NCBI RefSeq assembly: GCF_036321535.1
Contig: NC_087436.1
Span: forward strand, 30,506,001 to 30,570,000
Reading direction: 5' to 3'
DNA: 64,000 nucleotides
From: Camelus dromedarius
Lineage: Eukaryota
Shown here: positions 14,178-27,310 of the stretch, one piece after another
Position numbering within the stretch: position 1 is the stretch's first letter
Layout: every line of letters starts with the position of its first letter
The notes under the pieces: generated by a model
The model's input: the letters and a program-made list of their open reading frames with translations, nothing else
Told to the model about the DNA's origin: nothing
Databases searched by the model: none
Position numbers and translations under genes: made by a program

Positions 14178-14697
14178 TGTGGACATGCTCATATTCCCTC
14201 TATCACTTACCTCCTCCTTTTTCTTTCTGTGAAACATGAAACAAATGCATCTATCCAGTTCTAGATTTCCATGAAATTCCTACCACAGGGTGGTGTTTGG
14301 CCAACCTCTGAGGGGCAAGAGGATGTAATCTGGAACACAAGCTTCCTCTGGTGTACTCTGACTAATGCAAAAGAGAGGTCAGAGAGGACCAGGGCTGGTA
14401 TACCTCCCCCACCTCATCTTCCCTCTGTGGAATACTGCTAGGTGTAATCTTCTGGTTACAAAGTTTCCAGATCAGCTTATATGCTGAGCAAACATGCCTG
14501 AGAAACAGCCTTCTGTGCCTTTTTGCAGCTCATACTGAAGCAGTAGCCAGGCAGATGAGGTCATAGCACCATAATGCTACATGTATTTCCTTTCTTCTTT
14601 TCTCCTCACCCTCAACATCATAGCACTGCAACCACCAAAGCATTAATACTTTAAAATTTGCCTCTGGCTCTGATTATAGAAGATCTGGGTTGTTACA
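14178..14697 (+). mobile_element. LTR16-like ERVL LTR
   Basis: TG start; ends ...TTTGCCTCTGGCTCTG...GATCTGGGTTGTTACA, resembling the LTR16-group 3' end. Confidence 0.5.
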
Positions 14698-15552
14698 CAT
14701 GGTTAACTTTGCTTAGGGATAATCATGGTTTTACCACATAAGGAAAAAACTAATGTTTTGTCTAAAAGTTAAATAAAATAAGAAGTTTTATGATATCAGC
14801 ATCATTTTTAATCCAAAGAGAATGCAGTTCTTATAAAATCAATAGTAAGCCATATTCAAACAGCATTTTTAGTTAGGCTTCAATTAGGGACAAATCACAT
14901 TGAGGGCCAAATCTCTGCATATGGTTATAAGGTTGTATTTTGCACAGTGTCCCAGGTTAGGAATTGAGTAGAGTATAAAATCTAGCCTCAATCATATTTG
15001 CTCATCAAGCTACTAGCCCTGGTTTGGAGCAGCATCTCCCCCAATATATTTCACTAAATACACTTGACAAGGGATATTGGCAGCCCTATCAATGGGATCT
15101 CCTTTTGTTCGTCTATATTGTCATATGAAAAATTAAATTTGAAATTATTATGACAAATAATTCCAAAGGGAAAAGAAGTCATGCAATCTGCAGTCAAAAT
15201 TTAATTTAAGGTATCTGTAAGATAGTCAACTGAAATAAAAATACTTTAGTTCAGTTATTGAAGACTGTACCTCCGTGTTTTGGTGAAAAAAAGAATGAAA
15301 GCAAGGGAGTGATCCTTTTCATCAAAATATGGTTGCTCAGTTCTCCTTAAAAGACTCTCTATCTCTAATGCTTACCAATACATACACAGTTTATCAGAGA
15401 ATGTTTGACATATTACAACTACTTAAGTAGATGAATAAGTAAATGTTGACAGATTAACAATCTATGGAGTCCACTAAATAATGCAATAGTTTTACAAAGA
15501 AGGACTAGTTTTGTGGTATATCTTATCAATTAATACAAATTGCTACAATCTT

Positions 15553-15970
15553 TGATAAAGTCTTTAACAAGGTCAAAGACAAAATTAAAACAAGTTAGTA
15601 ACAAGGAGTTTGATGTTCTTTATTCAAGGGAAAACAATCCACAAATTGGGAGAGTACAGTGCCTCACAAGGAGTGGAGGACTCTGAGGGATTCTGGGCAA
15701 GAGTGATAGAGCGTTAGAAAAGGCAATGAAGAAATAGGGCTTCATTGGCTAGGAAGTCAGGGGTTTCCTCAGAAGGCTGGCAGGTCCTATTTTCTAGGGT
15801 AAGATAAGCTGGCTAAAGCTGAGTTGAAGGATTGTGATTGGTGTATTTTAATGTTCCGTGACATGTTTTTCCCTAAAGTGCAGGCTGACTTAGGTTTGGA
15901 TTTGTGATGTGGGCAGGGCCACTGGGGCAGCCTCGTTTTGTGTGTCCTGATATATGAATTCACTTTATCA
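15553..15970 (-). mobile_element. Solo LTR (ERV-type), 418 bp
   Basis: Perfect 9-bp terminal inverted repeat TGATAAAGT (15553-15561) / ACTTTATCA (15962-15970); flanks ATCTT / ATCAT give a TSD with 1 mismatch; AATAAA on the minus strand near 15620. Confidence 0.7.
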
Positions 15971-17525
15971 ATCATAAGAGACAGTCATCCTTCTTTCTAC
16001 TATTTCTGGCATTACAAATTAGGAGATACTGTAAAAAGTCCTTCACAATTAAAAGACACATCTGAAAAAAATCACACCAGACATACTATTTCATATATTG
16101 CCTGGCTTAGCACAAAGTAAGATAAGTATGCACCACGCCCCATGCTCCAATTACATCAGGATACTTTGTTCCTACAAGTTAAAGTATATCTATAATTTCA
16201 GTTATATCAGTTTACTCAGAAAAGATCAGACTCTGAATGAGTGACTTTCATTAGTCAAACTCAGGGAAAACTGACTATTAAACCTGTCAGGGCATAGAGC
16301 TTGCTAGTAATTGAAATAGCTTCTACTCCCTTTCTGAGCATCAGGATTTCAGGAAAGTGATGGGGTAATTAGATGTTTGTGAGCTGTTTATGGAGTTAAT
16401 ACATTGTGATAACTTATCTGAAACAATAAATATTCAGAAGTAATTTCTGTATTATTTGAATTTACAACTCGACTCTTTCTTAGGCTAAAATATCCTTACT
16501 TGCTGCCAGCTGAGAAAGATAGAAAAGTATTAAATAAAATACTGCTAAGATTATAGCAGGATTTCTAATAAAGAAGAATGATTGAATTACAAATGCACAG
16601 AGAGAAGTTTCTCCTAGTGGGTGGTATTTGTATTTTAAGAGACAGCATTTCATGGATCATAGGTTCAAGCAAATACCCATTGTGCTAGACATTAACTGCC
16701 ACTTAGCAATAGTGATAGAGAAGTAGAAAACATCTGGTTGTGGATAATGAGACAGAGCTTCTCAGCTCCCTTGGATGCTAATAGCATTGGGCAAAGGTCA
16801 TGGTGGAAGGCCATCTGGCTCCTTGTGTAAAGATATGCGGAGATCTTTCTGAGCACTGCAAATCATCAGCGTATTTGTACGAAGCAGCAGGTAAGAAAAT
16901 CTAGTAAGTAGTAAATATTTAACCACCAATTTAAAATATCTAACACTAATGTACTTCATTAGCATTGTGGCTACCAAATTTTAGATTTCTATCACAAACT
17001 ACTGAAATATGAATTATGTCTTAGTAATGAATAAATTCACAAAACTGTATTATGAATACAAGACAAACCATTGCTTATATATATTTAAGTTATTCAGGCA
17101 GAGAAGTTATGCATAAAATTGTAATTTAGAAGAGGTTTGCTTTTAGCAAATATTATTTTCCTTTCCTGATATTTCTTACCTTCAAAATATTTAATCAAAA
17201 ATTACTTAATGAAAAACATATGCTAACATGCATATAAATTTCAGTATCATTTATTCCTTTTTTTATCAAAAAACCAAACAAAATTATGGAGCACCTACTA
17301 TGTACCAGATGCCATGCCCCACATTGAGAACCCAAGAAAATCAATATCCTAAAAAACTGATAGTTTAATTGTAGAAAATATTACAAAAATGTTTAGGAAA
17401 GACTAAACAATGTAGTATAATGCATGCTTTAATAGAAGCACACACTGGTCCTTATGGGAGAATAGTTAAGGAAAATTTTACAAAAGAAATGTTACCCAAG
17501 ATCAGTCTTTGTCATGAATAGGCAT

Positions 17526-17983
17526 TGGCAAATATTCTTTGCTTAATCAAATTTTAGTCAGGCTCCTGAATCTTCTCCTAGGCCCATCTGTGCACTTTAT
17601 TGTAAGATACAATTTTAGCAAGAATCCTGATAAGTCAGTTTAGCAAGAATCCCCCTGATACCTGATCGCCCTTAATGTGTGATTAAAATTTCTTACTCCC
17701 CACTCTTGGTATCTGATCACTCTGATCTGCCTTCAGCAGGAATCCTGCTAGGTAAATTCAGTCAGAATCCAGCCTGCCTCCCACCCCCAACCCATTTGAT
17801 GTCTCCTCTTAGTAATTTTCTATACACCAGTCCCCTTGCTCCTTGGTTATAAAACCCTACTTGCCCCTGCTGCATTTGGAATGGAACCTAGTTGTATATT
17901 GGTCTATTTCCCTTCATGTAATAGTCCTGAATGAAATTTGCTTTCTGTGCTTTAACTTCTATCTGGCTCTGATTTTCTTTGAA
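17526..17983 (+). mobile_element. MER31-like ERV1 solo LTR
   Basis: TTTAGTCAGGCTCCTGAATCTTCTCCTAGGCCCATCTGTGCAC and the repeated TTTAGCAAGAATCC motif are characteristic of the MER31 group. Confidence 0.75.
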
Positions 17984-18089
17984 AGAATCAGGCAGGTAGA
18001 AAGGATTAGGTCCATAAGACAAACACATAGAAGCAAAAGAGAGAATAACCATTCATGTAAAGAGTTGGGGAACTGCTACTAAGGTGGTC

Positions 18090-18870
18090 TTTACATACTT
18101 GTTAGGACAATGAGATTTTTTATTGAAAGCTTTAGGAAAAACAATGACTATTAAAGCCTTGAAAACTATTTTAGAGGAATCACTAACAAGCAAGATAAAA
18201 AGTGGATTGTTGGACTGTCAACCTAAAGGTTTTATAGTCATCTAGGAAGCAGTTGTGGTAACAGAGAACAGAGATACTGCTGATCTGAACTAATGCATGG
18301 CCACTGAGGATAAAGAAGAGGAGGTGTATTTGAGAGATACTGAAAAAGTAGCATCAACAAATTTTGAGGCACAATTGATTGTAAGAGCTTTGATTTTTAA
18401 AAAATTCAAAGATAAACCACAAATTAGGGTTTTGGTATAATGGATGGATAATATTAACACTGACTATGTTAAAAAATGAAGGGGATAAAAGTATATTGAA
18501 GGGCTAAGAAAAAATAGTAAGTCCTAATTTGTTATGTCCAGTATCCAAATAAGGATACTGCATTATAGAATAGAATATGGAGTTCTATAGTTCATTAGTC
18601 ATGCACTGGCCTGAGATATAGTTAAAAGAATCAATGGCATAATGTCATTAATTATAGCTATGGTTGTAGCTAAACGGATGAGCTAACTAGTAAGAGTGGC
18701 TAAAAGAAAGTCAAGTCTATGGTGACCAGTTATTTTAAGGAATAATGCAAGAGAAATTTGTGAAGGAATAGATAGAGAGGAGGAAAATTAAAAAGAGGGT
18801 AGGAAACTGCTAGACAAGGAAGAAGTGATCAATGTATCAAGTATTATAAGTGATTCCAGCAAAGCAAGGG
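18090..18870 (-). mobile_element. Degenerate L2
   Basis: Purine-rich segments such as GAGGTGTATTTGAGAGATACTGAAAAAGTAGCATCAACA resemble antisense L2; boundaries approximate. Confidence 0.45.
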
Positions 18871-19089
18871 CTGCACATAAACACTGGGGCATTTAAATTA
18901 AGATGCAAAATTAAGGTCTAACTTTGCCATCTTCTTTTAATTGAAAATATACAAAGACATGCAATATTGAAAAAAAAACAAACCTAAAAACCTGGAATAG
19001 ACAGCAATAATACTCCAGACTCAAATGACAGTATTCACAGAAAGAATTAAAAAAGTAAAAAGAGTGTCTTTTAATGAAGAAGTCAGGGA

Positions 19090-19224
19090 GGAGGAAGGAT
19101 AGCTCAAGTGGTAGAGCACATGCTTAACATACACAAGGTCCTGGGTTCAATCCCCAGTACCTCCTCTAAAAATGAATAAATAAACCTAATTACTTCCCCC
19201 TACCAAAAACAAAGACAAAAAAAA
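19090..19224 (+). mobile_element. tRNA-derived SINE (camelid Vic-1-like)
   Basis: Pol III A box TAGCTCAAGTGG (19100-19111), B box GGTTCAATCC (19144-19153), A-rich tail; TSD-like GTCAGGGA on both sides (19082-19089 and 19227-19234). Confidence 0.88.
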
Positions 19225-21988
19225 GTGTCAGGGAAGAAGTTTATCTCATCTGTAATTACTGTTAATTCCTAACGGAGAAACATTTAGCTTTCATTAACAG
19301 AAATTCAGTAACCTCTTTTTCTTAATATATAAATTGTTTTCCAAGTTGGCTGAGCTGTATCACCCCCTTCAAACTCTACCACAACACCTACATTTCTACA
19401 TTTAACTCATGTCTTTAATTGTTAGTACTCTAAAATATCAAGTTTAGAGCACAAGTAGACGTGTAGTAGTGCATTACAGCTAGAATGTGATATGAGTAGT
19501 TACAAGCAGCAGGAAAGGAAAGGGGTTAGAGGTGTTGCATTCTGGGACTTACTGTTCGTAGAGTGCTGGTTCTGACAAAGGAAGAAATATAGGTGTTTTA
19601 AGTTTTCAGTATGGCACTCCACAAAGTCAGAAGTTCAAGGAGGAAGAACAGGAGATTCCTTTTAGTGCAACAAAATCAACTAGATGAATGATAGCCAGAC
19701 ATTAGAAATTTGGTTAGACAGGCAACTGGCCAGCATACTTCGTATATAGAGCCAGGATTCTGTTAGTAGTGCCACAGCTACCCTGGTTCTTTTGTTTTCA
19801 GCAAATTTGTTATTCATTCTGACTTAATTGGTTATATTCTCGTTTGGACTACCATTTGGTTAATCTGTTCTGATAATTTTTAAATTATCAAGACTTTTCA
19901 AAGTATGGTTTTTTAATCCCCTATATTATGATAACCTGTTACCCTAAGAAACTTGGACCTTGAAATATTGGTTAATATTTGTGTGAAGTGACCAAAATTA
20001 GCATGACAGTAAAATTGTTAATTTTATTTCTACCTCACTTAAAAATTTCACATTGTGTATTTTTTTATGTTCATAATAAAGAAGTAATGTTTTTCATATG
20101 AACCTTTCACATTTATATCAGCCTTCCTTTGTCTTTGCGAAATGCAACCAATTCTTAACAGTAAAAATGCAAATTAATTGTGTCATCTGGAATGCAACTG
20201 ATTATTTCCAAGGGCTAGACCTATTTTAATGTATTTGTAAATGCACTTTATAATCCCTGTTGACCTATATATATATATACGTATGTGATCCTTTGAGTTT
20301 TCCTTTGGACTGGTTATAACACTTTAGTGCTTCCCTAATTCATTACTGAGTCAAGAAAATGATTGACATGTTCATTTCACATCTGTATGAGAGTCATTAT
20401 TTTACCTACTGTGAAGAAGAAAATTTTATTTAAACATATATAGTTTATAAATAAATATTCATTTTTGGCACCGTGCATTAAAACAGTTTTATCTGTAAGT
20501 GCATAATAAAAAGGTAAGAAAACTATAAAATATAGAGTGAAAATACCATAAGGCAGAGAAAAGAAAGTTATGCAAAACAGTTCACATAAGTAAGAAAAAA
20601 TTGGCATTTTTGGTTAAGTAACTGTAACAAATGAAACTAAAGAAATAACTGAATATTTAGTAAAGTAAAATAAAACTTTTAGAAACATCTGACCCTGTAG
20701 AGTGACAGAGCTCAACATTCATCAAGCCTTATTATAAAAATAAACCAGCATCTGGCAGAAACTTTGAGTTTCAAGGATAAAATGAAATCCCAAGAAGAGA
20801 AAAGCAGTTTAACAATAAAAATTTAAAAATATAAGATAGCCTTTTAGTTTTCCCTTCTATAACATTAACCTCTTAAGGATGATAGATTACCTTCAAAAAT
20901 TTCTGGAGAATTATGTTTAGGAAAAAGATTATGAATCATACAACAAAATACACACGTGCAGTATGTATAAGAATTAAAAATATATGCTATCTAAGAAGAC
21001 TGTGTGAAAAAAATTCCTTGAAGTTATTAAACAAATTTTGAAGTTACTTTAAAAATTGAAAATGTTTTAATGTTGAACATTGATGTGTTTATTATGTAGT
21101 CAATCATAATGAATTCTGATTTATAACATTAAATTATAATTTTAAGTATTTTAAATTATTTTAAGAAGTAAGATAAATAAAAATTTTTAATAATAAAATT
21201 AAATGAGTTAATTAAAAGATAAATAAAAGGTAAGATTAGAGTTAATGAATTAGTATTTATAATCAATGTCTACCATATAAACAACTTGCTTATATATTTT
21301 TAAAGGTCTGTTGTTTATATTAATAAATTAAAAATATTAAATGGCCTTAAAATCATATATAAGTAATATTTTTAAAATGAGTAATATACAACCAGAGGGA
21401 TTTGAAGTTATGCTTTTATGTAAATTATTTTTCATCTAACATGAAAAAACTAAAATGATATGGCTTAACTTCTTGATAATTTGAGGAATTTTAGAAAATA
21501 GATTAAAACTTAAAAGTAAACATTCCCATTAATCAAACACATGATGTATCCTATGTATGGCACATCGGAAAGTAAAGCCAAAATAAAAGTGTTTTTTATG
21601 AGAAAATAACAGTAGATATATGAAAATACAAAAACATAAAACAACCAAAAATACAAAATAAGGTAACAATAATACATTTCAAGGTGATAAAATACCCTTA
21701 GTAGGCAGAAGCTAAACTTTCAGGCAAAGATAACAAATTAAAAGTTAGAGCAAAACATATCCCTATATAAAATTTAATAAAATGTAAAAATATATAACTT
21801 CAATACATAAAACATAAAAGTAACCCTAAAATTAAGAAAAGAAGAAAAAAATCTAATACTGTAAGCTTGAAAAATATTTTTCAAGGAAATCTGAGGTACA
21901 GTAGAGTTGAAATTCATTCTCATATCAACTAGAGGAGCAGAAAAATATAGTACCATCTTGTTTTCTAATTATCATTTACTATACTCAC

Positions 21989-22054
21989 TGAATATTCACG
22001 AGCTTGCCAACATTTCCCAGTCTCTTCATAAGTAGGTAGGTTTTGAATCTTGTT
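21989..22054 (-). other. Candidate exon (66 nt) of an unidentified minus-strand transcript
   Basis: Acceptor ttcacaacccattttccag| and donor |gtgagta; length divisible by 3; two frames open (NKIQNLPTYEETGKCWQAREYS in phase 0; TRFKTYLLMKRLGNVGKLVNI in phase 2). Confidence 0.5.
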
Positions 22055-23877
22055 CTGGAAAATGGGTTGTGAACGAAAGGGTATTTAAGACAGGCAACCC
22101 CTCTAGCTCTTTCTCTGCTGTGTAATTCAAGATGACCATGGTTCACATGTAGTGAAGATGGAGCTTCTAACAGTTTGGGTTTTAGCATAGTAACTTAATG
22201 GGTTAGGTACCAATTCATCTTTACTACTTGTTCTCTTCCAGAATTTTACTCATTGATGGTACACTTAACCACCATTGACAGCCTTAACTATGTCCATGAC
22301 AAACTGTCTTGCACCCTAGTTGTCAAAATTAGGGAGTCAACAGAGTAGATAAGAAAATGATCTTTGAAATTACACAGTTCTAAACTGAATATACACAGTC
22401 TACCATTTTTCTGTGAGCTTTTTAATATTTAAATGAGAATATGAAGAAATAAACCATTGCATTGTTGACTAAATAACAAAAATAACGTTTGCAAAATACA
22501 TAGGTGAGGATTTAGCACATAGAAGGCAATAAATAAACGTTAATCCTCATGCTTCATTTTACGTCTTTTCTTCCTACTGAGTTTCCTCCTCAAGGGCTTA
22601 GTCATGCTTTTGTTCTTAAAGGAGAACCTGGTTCCTGGCCTTTTGACAGATTTTGTTAAGAGGGCTTTGTCTTCTAACACCTTCCTATCCCTGTACTCTA
22701 CCCACTTAAAGAAAACTTCTACCAGTTTCCCACCCTGGAGCTCCTGATGCTGTCTGGCTGCCTCCACTTCTTACGGCTCAATCCAGTCTCTGCTTTCCTT
22801 TTTCCTCCTCCTGGAGGTCATCTCCACTATTCATTCTCTGACATTCCTAGACTGTGCCATCGCATTGATAATTCAGCTCTTGTTAGAGAGGGCATAAGGG
22901 TTAATATTTCATTTGGATGATTTTGATCTCGTTAAAACAATATTTAATGATACTAATCCATATGTTTCTCAGGTAACTAAAGACTTACAAAATTACTTCC
23001 CCATTTAAAAATCATTAAGATAAACGCAATTGTCCTTCCTTCCCCCATTTGGTACTACAGAAGCCTGAGCCTTGTGGATTTTACTGTTTGAAAGACATAT
23101 TATTTCTTAAATATTTGCTAAGGTCACTATTTTCCAGAAAAGATAATTCTGCACAGCTATGTTGTCTTATAAAGCAATATCATTTATGATAACCTACAAT
23201 ACGTATTCCTTTAGCCATAATCAAAGATTTTTCAAACAGAATGCACATCAGTTCCTTAAAGGTTAACTTCTAAAATAAGTTCTTTATCATTTCAAAAAGG
23301 AACCGTATAGTGCATAAAAGTTCATAGCAATTTCTATATGTCTGCTGAGTAAAATGTTCTTTACAACACAAATCAGCTCTCTATCTTTTAATATGTAGTT
23401 TAGCTGCACAATTTTTAATTTTACTAACCTCTTGGTTGAAAATATAATTTTGATTTAGAAAATTCTGTTACAGAGGTATTTTAAAAGTCTGTTAAACCTA
23501 CTGATGTCCCCTCTAAAATTCATTAATCTGACACGGAAAAGAGTGATATCAACTGCTTAGTCATTAATTTTTGATTAACTGAAGTTGCAATATTAGAATA
23601 TAGAAGTATATTTGTAAGGGAAAAACCTGTCTTAATCTTAAGTTATATCAGCATGCATTCAAGATGGAGACAGATGTTAACAAAATAGTTTGCGACTAAG
23701 TCTAAAAGGAATAAAGAACTCTGGTGAACTGATTTAAGGGGGAAAAATTACCTGCTAATTTAAAAAGAAAACCTAAATATCAGCAATAAAAATATATCAT
23801 CTAATGTTAAATTTTGACCAAACAGCACTTTATATTTTTCTCACACTTGGAGTTTGTCAAGAATAAAGTAGGCATTT

Positions 23878-24639
23878 CATGCTGGAGAGGCTGTGGAGAA
23901 AAGGAAACCCTCCTACACTACTTGTGGGAATGCAGTTTGGTGCAGCCATTATGGAAAACAGTATGGAGATTCCTCAAAAGACTAGGAATAGACTTACCAT
24001 ATGACCCAGTAATCCCACTCCTGGGCATAAATCCAGAAGGAACCTTACTTCAAAAAGACACCTGCACCCCAGTGTTCATAGCAGCACTACTTACAATAGC
24101 CAAGACATGGAAACAGCCTAAATGTTCATCAACAGATGACTGGATAAAGATGTGGTATATTTATGCAATGGAATACTATTCAGCCATAAAAACTGACAAC
24201 ATAATGCCATTTGCAGCAACATGGATGTCTTTGGAGAATGTGATTCTAAGTGAAGTAAGCCAGAAAGACAAAGAAAAATACTATATGAGATTGCTCATAT
24301 GTGGAATAATAAAAAAAAAAAGAACATAAATACAAAACAGAAACAGACTCATAGACATAGAATACAAACTTGTGGTTGCCAAGGGGGTGGGGTGTGGGAA
24401 GAGACACAATGGGATTTCAAAATCTGTAGATACTGACAGGCATCTGCAGAATAGATAAACAAGATTATACTGTATAGCAATGGGAAATATATACAAGATC
24501 TTGTGGCAGCTCACAGCAAAAAAAAAAAAAGACAATGAATATATGTATGTTCATGTATAACTGAAAAATTGTGCTCTATACCTGAATTTGACACAACATT
24601 GTAAAATGACTATAACTTAATAAAAAATGTTAAAAAAAT
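23878..24639 (+). mobile_element. 5'-truncated L1 (ORF2 C-terminus, 3'UTR and tail)
   Basis: ORF 23814-24329 encodes the ORF2 zinc knuckle CWRGC-x7-H-x4-C and LPYDP...PKC...MEYYSAIK; AATAAA near the end; 16-bp perfect TSD AATAAAGTAGGCATTT at 23862-23877 and 24640-24655. Confidence 0.96.
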
Positions 24640-24799
24640 AATAAAGTAGGCATTTAAGAATAAAAATAGCATAAATTGCACAGAAGCTTTAAGAATGCAC
24701 TTGACATGTCTGGAGAAAATTTGATTCAGTTGATCTCTAAGACCACATTAGAGATGAAACACTGATAAAATTTAAGAACATGTTGGACTTAATCTGTTA

Positions 24800-25390
24800 T
24801 TAAAGATTGATCTAGGTGCTTTCTGAAATACAGATAGGAATAGAAAAAACTGAAAGTCAGACGGTTATTCACAGAACCATTTTAGCAATCCAGGCATAGA
24901 ATAATGAGTTAATAGGCAAGACAATGAGAGTGAGAACTGGGAAAAATTGATTCAGAGACATTCTGAAAAACAGTAAACTATGTGTCCTGATTGGCTACTT
25001 GGAGAAAGGACAAGGGAAAATTCAACTTCATTTGGCAATGTCTAACTTAAGGATACAAAATAATGGCTGAATAGAGTAGCGAGATGGAGCTGTTTCTTTT
25101 GAGGGAAAGGTATTTATCTTGCTTAACACATGCTGAATTTGAAATGACATGTGGGCATTCATAGGAAAGTGTCCAATAAGGAGAATATGAAGATGAAACT
25201 CCAGGAAACATGTCTGCTTGTGTTCACAGATACTAAGGAAGGAGATGGTGGTTGAAGAGAAAATGAAAATTTGATGAAGAAGGTACTATAATTAACTAGG
25301 CAATGTCCCAAAGGAGGCAGAGGGGATTTAATCACAAATATTGGCAGTTAGCCCTAGAAAACCAAAGAGGCACTGCTGTTCATAGATGTC
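24800..25390 (-). mobile_element. Degenerate L2
   Basis: GCAATCCAGGCATAGAATAATGAG...TTAACACATGCTGAATTTGAAATGACATGTGGGCATTC resembles antisense L2. Confidence 0.45.
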
Positions 25391-25459
25391 AAAAAAAAAA
25401 AAAAAAATTGGGAACCTCTGAAGTTTTTAAAATATATTTAAGGCTAACTATGTTTCACA

Positions 25460-26767
25460 TTTTTTTATTAGAAATTATTATTTATACTAGTTTTAATTCA
25501 CAAAACACTTGTGTAAAATGTATATACCTCCTTACCCCCACAGACATATAGTTTCCCCTATTATTAATGTCTTGCATTAGTATGGCACAACTGTGAAAAC
25601 TGATAAGCCTATATTGATACATTATTATTAACTAAAGTCCATAGTTCACTCTTAGTGTTATACATTCAAAGGGTTTTGACAAATGCATAATGACAAGTAT
25701 CCACAATTACAGTATCACAGAGAATAGTTTAAGTGCCCTAAACTTTCTCTGAGCTCCACTTACTCATCCCTTTCTGTCTCTCCCCAAAACTCTGGGAATC
25801 ACTCATCTTTTTACTCTGTAATTTTGCCTTTACCAGAATATCACATAGTTGGAATCAAACAGTATGTAGCCTTTTCAGATTTACTTCTTTCTCCTAAAAT
25901 ATGTATTTAAGATTTTTCCATGTCTTTTCATGACTTGATAGCTCATTTCCTTTATCAGTGAATAATATTCCATTGTCTAAGGTGCAACACAGTTTGTTTA
26001 TCCATTCATTTACTGAAGGACATTTTGGTCAGTTCCAAGTAATGGCAATGTGAGTAAAGCTACCATGAACATTCATGTGCAAGTTTCAGTTGTACAATTT
26101 CAACTCATTAGAGTAAAATAAAACAAGGAGTGCAATTGCCAGATCATATGGTAAGAGTATGTATAACTTGGTGTAAAACTGCCAAACTGTCCTCCAAAGT
26201 AGCTGTGCCATTTTACATTCCCACCAGCAATGTATGTATGAGAGTTCCAATTGCTCCACATTCTTGCCTCTATTTGAGGTTGTCGGTGTTCTGGATTTTG
26301 GTCATTCTAAAAGATATGTGTGGTATCTCATTGTTTTAATCTGAATTTCCTTGATGACATATGATGTGGAGCATCTTTTCAAGTGTTTATTTGCCATGAG
26401 TATATCGTTTTCTGGTGCGGTGTCTGCTCACGTCTTATGCCAATTTTAATTGAGTTATTTGTTTTCTTAGTGTTGAGTTTTATGAGTAATTTGTATATTT
26501 TGGATAATAGTCCTTTATCATGTATGCATGTTGTAAATATTTCAGGATGTGGCTTATCTTTCATTCTTTTAACAGCGTCTTTCACAGAAGTCTTTAATTT
26601 TAATGAAGTTCAGCTTATCAGTTTTTTTCTTTCATGAATTGTGCTTTTGGTGTTGTATCTAAAAAGTAGCTGTAAAACTCAACACCACTTTATTTTCTCC
26701 CATGTTGTCTGCTAGGAACTTGATAGTTTTGTATTTTACATTTAGGTCTATGATTCAGTTTGCAATT
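25460..26767 (-). mobile_element. Old L1 (L1MD/L1MC-like) 3' end with ORF2 remnant
   Basis: ATTGATACATTATTATTAACTAAAGTCCATAG and CATTTTACATTCCCACCAGCAATGTATG; minus ORF 26379-26585 (IHDKGLLSKIYKLLIKLNTKKTNNSIK) is ORF2-like. Confidence 0.85.
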
Positions 26768-26769
26768 TT

Positions 26770-26894
26770 AAACTTCTGAATTGTTTATTCTGTAATTTTC
26801 TATTTAATATTTTCAGACTGTGGCTGGCCACAGGTAACTTAAATCACGGACAGTGAAACCATGAACAAGGGCAGGGTGGGAGTGGAACTACTGT
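26770..26894. mobile_element. Tigger-family (MER46/Tigger3-4-like) terminal fragment
   Basis: TTTAATATTTTCAGACTGTGGCTGGCCACAGGTAACT...GAAACCATG...GGAACTACTGTA resembles a Tigger end with TIR followed by TA. Confidence 0.65.
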
Positions 26895-26904
26895 AAAACC
26901 TATA

Positions 26905-27052
26905 GCCTCCCAAAGGAATGGGCCTAGAGTCGGTTTCAGCCTTTTGAAACAGATTTCTGACTTCTGATCTGCAGAAATGTAAGATAGTAAATGTGTGTTG
27001 TCGTAAACCACTGTTTGTGGTAATTTGTTACAGCAACAACAGGAAACTACTA
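26905..27052 (+). mobile_element. MLT1C/D LTR 3' fragment
   Basis: GACTTCTGATCTGCAGAAATGTAAGATAGTAAATGTGTGTTG...TTTGTGGTAATTTGTTACAGCAACAACAGGAAACTA. Confidence 0.75.
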
Positions 27053-27243
27053 TTGTAATTAATTATATCTTCTCCAGTTTTCTTCCACTTAAACTGTACT
27101 GTATTATTTGTATTATGTGTTGTCAATAAATTTTGAAATAAGTTACTAGAAGCATTTATCTTCCAAAATCTAACCATATCCCCCATGTGTATATGTGTTG
27201 TATACATACACACATCTTTTTTGATAGGCGATTTTGTTTATGT

Positions 27244-27310
27244 GCATATATATATACACACACACACACATATATATACACACACATATATACGTATGGG
27301 TACACATATA
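27244..27310. repeat. Imperfect (TA)/(CA) microsatellite
   Basis: Visible alternating TA and CA blocks. Confidence 0.9.

Noticed and set aside
19090..19165. tRNA gene
   Set aside because: Degenerate cloverleaf, a tRNA-unrelated A-rich tail and a TSD indicate a SINE.
20600..21950. Very A-rich stretch as a novel element
   Set aside because: Consistent with a heavily decayed sense-strand L1M or low-complexity DNA; no definable structure.
22540..22830. Basic, K/R-rich 75-aa minus-strand ORF (…KPLRRKLSRKKRRKMKHED)
   Set aside because: Starts at GTG, has an in-frame TAA just upstream, shows no clear splice acceptor and no recognisable homology; the purine-rich strand explains the composition. 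A tblastn search would settle it.
23814..24329. Longest ORF (171 aa) as a host gene
   Set aside because: It is the L1 ORF2 C-terminus read in from flanking sequence with a non-ATG start.
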